From contig JAIQFQ010000004.1 in the NCBI GenBank assembly GCA_020073245.1, positions 24,181-88,180 of the forward strand: a stretch of DNA of 64,000 nucleotides. Reading direction: 5' to 3'. This stretch comes from Terriglobia bacterium (GTDB taxonomy: Bacteria; Acidobacteriota; Thermoanaerobaculia; Thermoanaerobaculales; Thermoanaerobaculaceae). The notes beneath the pieces are model-generated. The model ran no database searches and was not told the DNA's origin. It saw only the letters and a program-made list of their open reading frames with translations. Both the position numbers and the translations under genes were made by a program. Below, piece after piece: positions 61,234-64,000 of the stretch. Numbering within the stretch: position 1 is the stretch's first letter; every line of letters begins with the position of its first letter.

Positions 61234-62495
61234 TCTCCACCTCCCCTTTTCGCAAGGAACTTGCGTGAAATTCGAGACCATATGCTCTCTCGTCGCCGTC
61301 GATCCCGAACGACCGGCAGCGCCGAGGGAAGAAGCAAATTTCGACCGTGCACCAGCAGCCCCACTGCGACCGCCGGCGATCGCGCGGGAAGCTCGGAGCT
61401 CGCGAGCAGGTGTGTGGCGTCCGGGACGCCCTCGAGCTCCCCGAGGCGTGCGCGCTTGACGAAGACCTCCTCGGCCAGCGCGGCGAGCCCTTCGAGATGG
61501 GCGCCCCCGCCGGAGAGGACGACGCCCGTACAGGGCGCGTCCTGGGGGATCTGACGCCACACCTCGGCGGCGATCAACTCGAACGTCTCCTGCATCCGCA
61601 GGCGGATCGTCTTGCACAGCTCGCGGCGGGAGATGACGTGACTGCCGCGCCCCTCGATCGTCGGGACGGAGATCGTCTCCTCCTCCCCGACGTCGCCCAG
61701 CAGCATGGTGCCCGCCTCCCGCTTGGCGGTCTCCGCGCCTGCAGCAGTGGTCTGGAAGCGGTGCACGAGGTCGTCGTTGATCTTGTTGCTGCCGATCGGG
61801 AAGCAGCCGGCCGCGAGCAGTTTGTCGCCAGAGAAGGCGGCGTAGCTGGAGGTGCCGTAGCCGACGTCGATGAGAATCGAGCCAAGGCGGCGCTCGTCCG
61901 AGGTGAGCGTCGCGTTGGCCGCCGCCACCGGCGCGAAGAGGAACTCCTCGACCTCGAGACCGGCTTCGTTGATTGCCTTCTCGAGCGTCCGGACCGGGTT
62001 CTCCTGGCACGCAAGGACATATGCATCCGCTGCCAGTTGCCGGCCCACCATCGCCTGTGGGTCGAGGATGCCATCCTGGTCGTCGAGAGCGTAGGTGGGA
62101 GAGACCACGTTGAGGACCGTGTGTCCCGTTGGCAGCGGCTGGCGTCGTACGGCCTCGTGGAGGGCCTCCAGGTCGGTGAGCGTCACTTCGCGCTCGCGCG
62201 CCCCCATGGCAATCGCGGCCCGTGTCAGGCGCCCGCTCACGAAGATACCTGCAACCGACGCGATCACCTTCTCCACGGGAAGCTTCGCCATGAGCTCGGC
62301 CTCTTCGGCTGCGGCCTTGATGGCTGCCACCACGGGTTTCATCTGAACGACTTGTCCCGAGCGCATGCCGTTCGAGGGCGCGAGCCCGACGCCGCGGATC
62401 ACCATCTCGTCGCGCTCCGAGAGCTCCGCGATGAGTGCCAGCACGCGATGGTTCCCGATATCGAGGGCGGCGATGATCCTCGGGCCCTGCGCCAT
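61230..62495 (-). CDS. ftsA: Cell division protein FtsA
   Basis: ATG 62495 within tracked ORF 61230..62594. IAALDIGNHRV, IDVGYGTSSY, VVLSGGGAHLEGL actin-fold motifs. Its stop overlaps the ftsZ ATG (ATGA). Confidence 0.93.
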   Translation of the reverse strand: MAQGPRIIAALDIGNHRVLALIAELSERDEMVIRGVGLAPSNGMRSGQVVQMKPVVAAIKAAAEEAELMAKLPVEKVIASVAGIFVSGRLTRAAIAMGAREREVTLTDLEALHEAVRRQPLPTGHTVLNVVSPTYALDDQDGILDPQAMVGRQLAADAYVLACQENPVRTLEKAINEAGLEVEEFLFAPVAAANATLTSDERRLGSILIDVGYGTSSYAAFSGDKLLAAGCFPIGSNKINDDLVHRFQTTAAGAETAKREAGTMLLGDVGEEETISVPTIEGRGSHVISRRELCKTIRLRMQETFELIAAEVWRQIPQDAPCTGVVLSGGGAHLEGLAALAEEVFVKRARLGELEGVPDATHLLASSELPARSPAVAVGLLVHGRNLLLPSALPVVRDRRRRESIWSRISRKFLAKRGGGE

Positions 62496-63211
62496 CACGA
62501 TTCCCCTTCGGGAGCGACCTGCCCCGGCAGGACCGCGACACGCCCGGCCAACCGGGCGTCCAGGCGGAGGGGAACCGATCGCTTCGCGGTCCATGCGGTG
62601 AATACGCGTCGCGCCGTGACCAACTCCTCCGGCCTCCCCGGGTCGGCCAGTACAGGTGCTGAGATCTCTGCAAAGTGAAGCGCGACATCGTGAGGACCGA
62701 CGCGCTCGACGCGCTCGAGCTTTCCGCCCCAGGCGCCCTCGAGGGTCGGCACGACTGCGAGAAGTGTCTCCCTCTCCTCGGGGAACGGTCCGAACCCTTC
62801 GAGGCGAAGGAGCGACGAGGCGGCCTCGATCGTCGCGAGGAGACGGCCCTCACGGTCGACCAGCTGCCGCACACCCGCGTCGACCTCGACGGCCACGGGG
62901 ACGCGTTCCACGACGGCGCATGTCACGACACCGTCGAGTGACACCCGGACGGTGGCATCCTCGACCCAGGGTACCGCTCGGACCTTGGCGCGCAGCGCGC
63001 TGGCACGCGTGGCGACCGTCGGGCTGCCGAGAGCGGAACGGAGCACGCTCTCAACATCCCGTGCGGCGAAGCGCCGGGCGCCCACAACCCGGACCTCCCG
63101 CACCTGGAGCGCCACGGCCAGGGTGGCGGTGGCTGCGAGCGTCACAAGCGCAGGCAGCGCACGGCGGAGGAACCGGCGGACCGGGTGGCGGTGACGGCGA
63201 GGCGCGCTCAC
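62495..63211 (-). CDS. ftsQ: Cell division protein FtsQ/DivIB (POTRA + FtsQ domains)
   Basis: GTG 63211 overlaps the murC stop (GTGA). Basic N-terminus, one TM (ALVTLAATATLAVAL), then VREVRVVGARRF...VPWVEDATVRV (POTRA-like). Position between murC and ftsA. Confidence 0.75.
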   Translation of the reverse strand: MSAPRRHRHPVRRFLRRALPALVTLAATATLAVALQVREVRVVGARRFAARDVESVLRSALGSPTVATRASALRAKVRAVPWVEDATVRVSLDGVVTCAVVERVPVAVEVDAGVRQLVDREGRLLATIEAASSLLRLEGFGPFPEERETLLAVVPTLEGAWGGKLERVERVGPHDVALHFAEISAPVLADPGRPEELVTARRVFTAWTAKRSVPLRLDARLAGRVAVLPGQVAPEGES

Positions 63212-64000
63212 GCAGTGCCCCCTGCCAGCCACGTTTCGCCGAGCTGGACAACGTTGCCCGCCCCGAGCGTGAGCAGAACGTCGCCTGGCCTCAGCGACTC
63301 CTCGAGCATGGTGAGGGCTTGACCGAACGACGTCGCTGCTCGTACGTTCGGATGGCCCGAGCGCCGAGCCGCCTCGACCACGAACTCGTGGGTAACGCCC
63401 GGGATCGGCTGCTCCCGCGCCGGGTAGATCGGCAGAACTACGACCACGTCGGCTCCGAGCAGCGCGTCGCCGAACTCCCGCGCGAACATCTGCGTGCGCG
63501 AGAACAGGTGGGGCTGGAACGCCGCCACCAGCCTCGCGTCGGGGAAACTCTGGCGTGCGGCCTGCAGCGTGGCAGCGACCTCGGTGGGGTGGTGAGCGTA
63601 GTCGTCGACCAGCGTGACCTGACCGCGCGTGCCCTTGCGCTCGAAGCGCCGGGCGACGCCGGCAAAAGCGCCGACAGCCGCCGCGATCGCCGCGAACGGG
63701 ACACCGACCTCAAGCGCGGCCGCGGTTGCGCCGAGAGCGTTGGCAAGCGTGTGACGGCCAGGCAGCGACAGCGTCAGCCGGCCGACCTCGCGGCCACGCA
63801 CGACGACCAGACAGTCGGAGCCGGCGGTGGTCAGGCGCACCGCGCGACCGCAGACGTCCGCCTCCGGCGAGAAGCCGTACGTCACGATGCGGCGCTCGAA
63901 GCGGGGCAGGAGTCCCCGCACTCCCGGGTCGTCGAGACAGGCGATGGTGGCGCCGTAGAACGGCACGCGGTTGGCGAAGATCACGAACGCCTCGTCCATC
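63208..64000 (-). CDS. murC: UDP-N-acetylmuramate--L-alanine ligase, C-terminal part (5' end beyond the right edge)
   Basis: LPGRHTLANALGA, VDDYAHHPTE, FQPHLFSRT, IYPAREQP are Mur-ligase middle/C-terminal motifs specific to MurC-type enzymes. The open frame continues to the window edge. Confidence 0.93.
   Translation of the reverse strand, partial: MDEAFVIFANRVPFYGATIACLDDPGVRGLLPRFERRIVTYGFSPEADVCGRAVRLTTAGSDCLVVVRGREVGRLTLSLPGRHTLANALGATAAALEVGVPFAAIAAAVGAFAGVARRFERKGTRGQVTLVDDYAHHPTEVAATLQAARQSFPDARLVAAFQPHLFSRTQMFAREFGDALLGADVVVVLPIYPAREQPIPGVTHEFVVEAARRSGHPNVRAATSFGQALTMLEESLRPGDVLLTLGAGNVVQLGETWLAGGTA

Noticed and set aside
60052-62874. 940-aa ORF in the supplied track spanning ftsZ, ftsA and part of ftsQ
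   Set aside because: Only the 3' 394 codons (from ATG 61233, with a GGAGG SD) are FtsZ. The upstream 546 codons are an out-of-frame read through ftsA/ftsQ with Arg/Gly/Pro-rich nonsense composition. ftsA and ftsQ are clearly encoded in other frames.
63208-63211. Absence of ddl between murC and ftsQ in the dcw cluster
   Set aside because: Gene-order variation at this junction is common among bacteria, and ddl is frequently located elsewhere. Not considered noteworthy.

Overview
Gene-dense, visibly high-GC bacterial chromosomal segment. I call 52 protein-coding genes. I recognised no rRNA, tRNA, CRISPR array, transposase/integrase or phage genes.

Gene content, left to right:
- Envelope and RNA housekeeping genes: nitrilase-family hydrolase cut by the left edge, SurA-like chaperone, lytic transglycosylase, HIT, murA, DUF504, rnc, SDR epimerase, and a DUF4388 protein.
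- A methylmalonyl-CoA-mutase catalytic subunit.
- A large phosphate-starvation supercluster: secreted 5'-nucleotidase, H-NOX/V4R-like protein, NPP/alkaline-phosphatase-family enzyme, pstS-pstC-pstA-pstB-phoU-pstB-phoB-phoR, then a PHP phosphoesterase and two glycosyltransferases.
- An S1 (rpsA-like) protein, followed by DUF523/DUF1722, YjbQ-like, Rossmann and MgtC-like genes.
- A secreted thioredoxin-fold/cohesin-like protein whose frame is interrupted by one UGA exactly at the CxxC position. This is a candidate selenoprotein with a SECIS-like hairpin.
- pit and a convergent DUF47 (PhoU-like) gene, then a REC-like/PEP-pyruvate-binding protein.
- Cytochrome c, a class-V aminotransferase, and a dsrC / NarI-like membrane protein / HdrD-DsrK-like operon.
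- A large DUF4388 protein, Fe/Mn SOD, sthA, ampG, C1 and M23 peptidases, a thioesterase, an SPFH protein and a zinc-ribbon protein.
- The distal dcw cluster: murC (partial), ftsQ, ftsA, ftsZ.

Non-coding signals worth attention:
1. At least five intergenic dyads. Each is a purine-rich array of degenerate heptads (about GAGGGNA / RACGGNA) followed by the complementary pyrimidine-rich array.
2. A 70-bp tandem repeat with palindromes after the zinc-ribbon gene.
3. A recurrent TANNNT -10-like hexamer exactly 6 nt upstream of start codons that lack an SD (leaderless-type genes).
4. 11-bp-phased TTCAC direct repeats (Pho-box-like) upstream of pstS and of the PHP phosphoesterase.

Every call rests on reading the sequence and on remembered family motifs. 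No database search or folding program was available.
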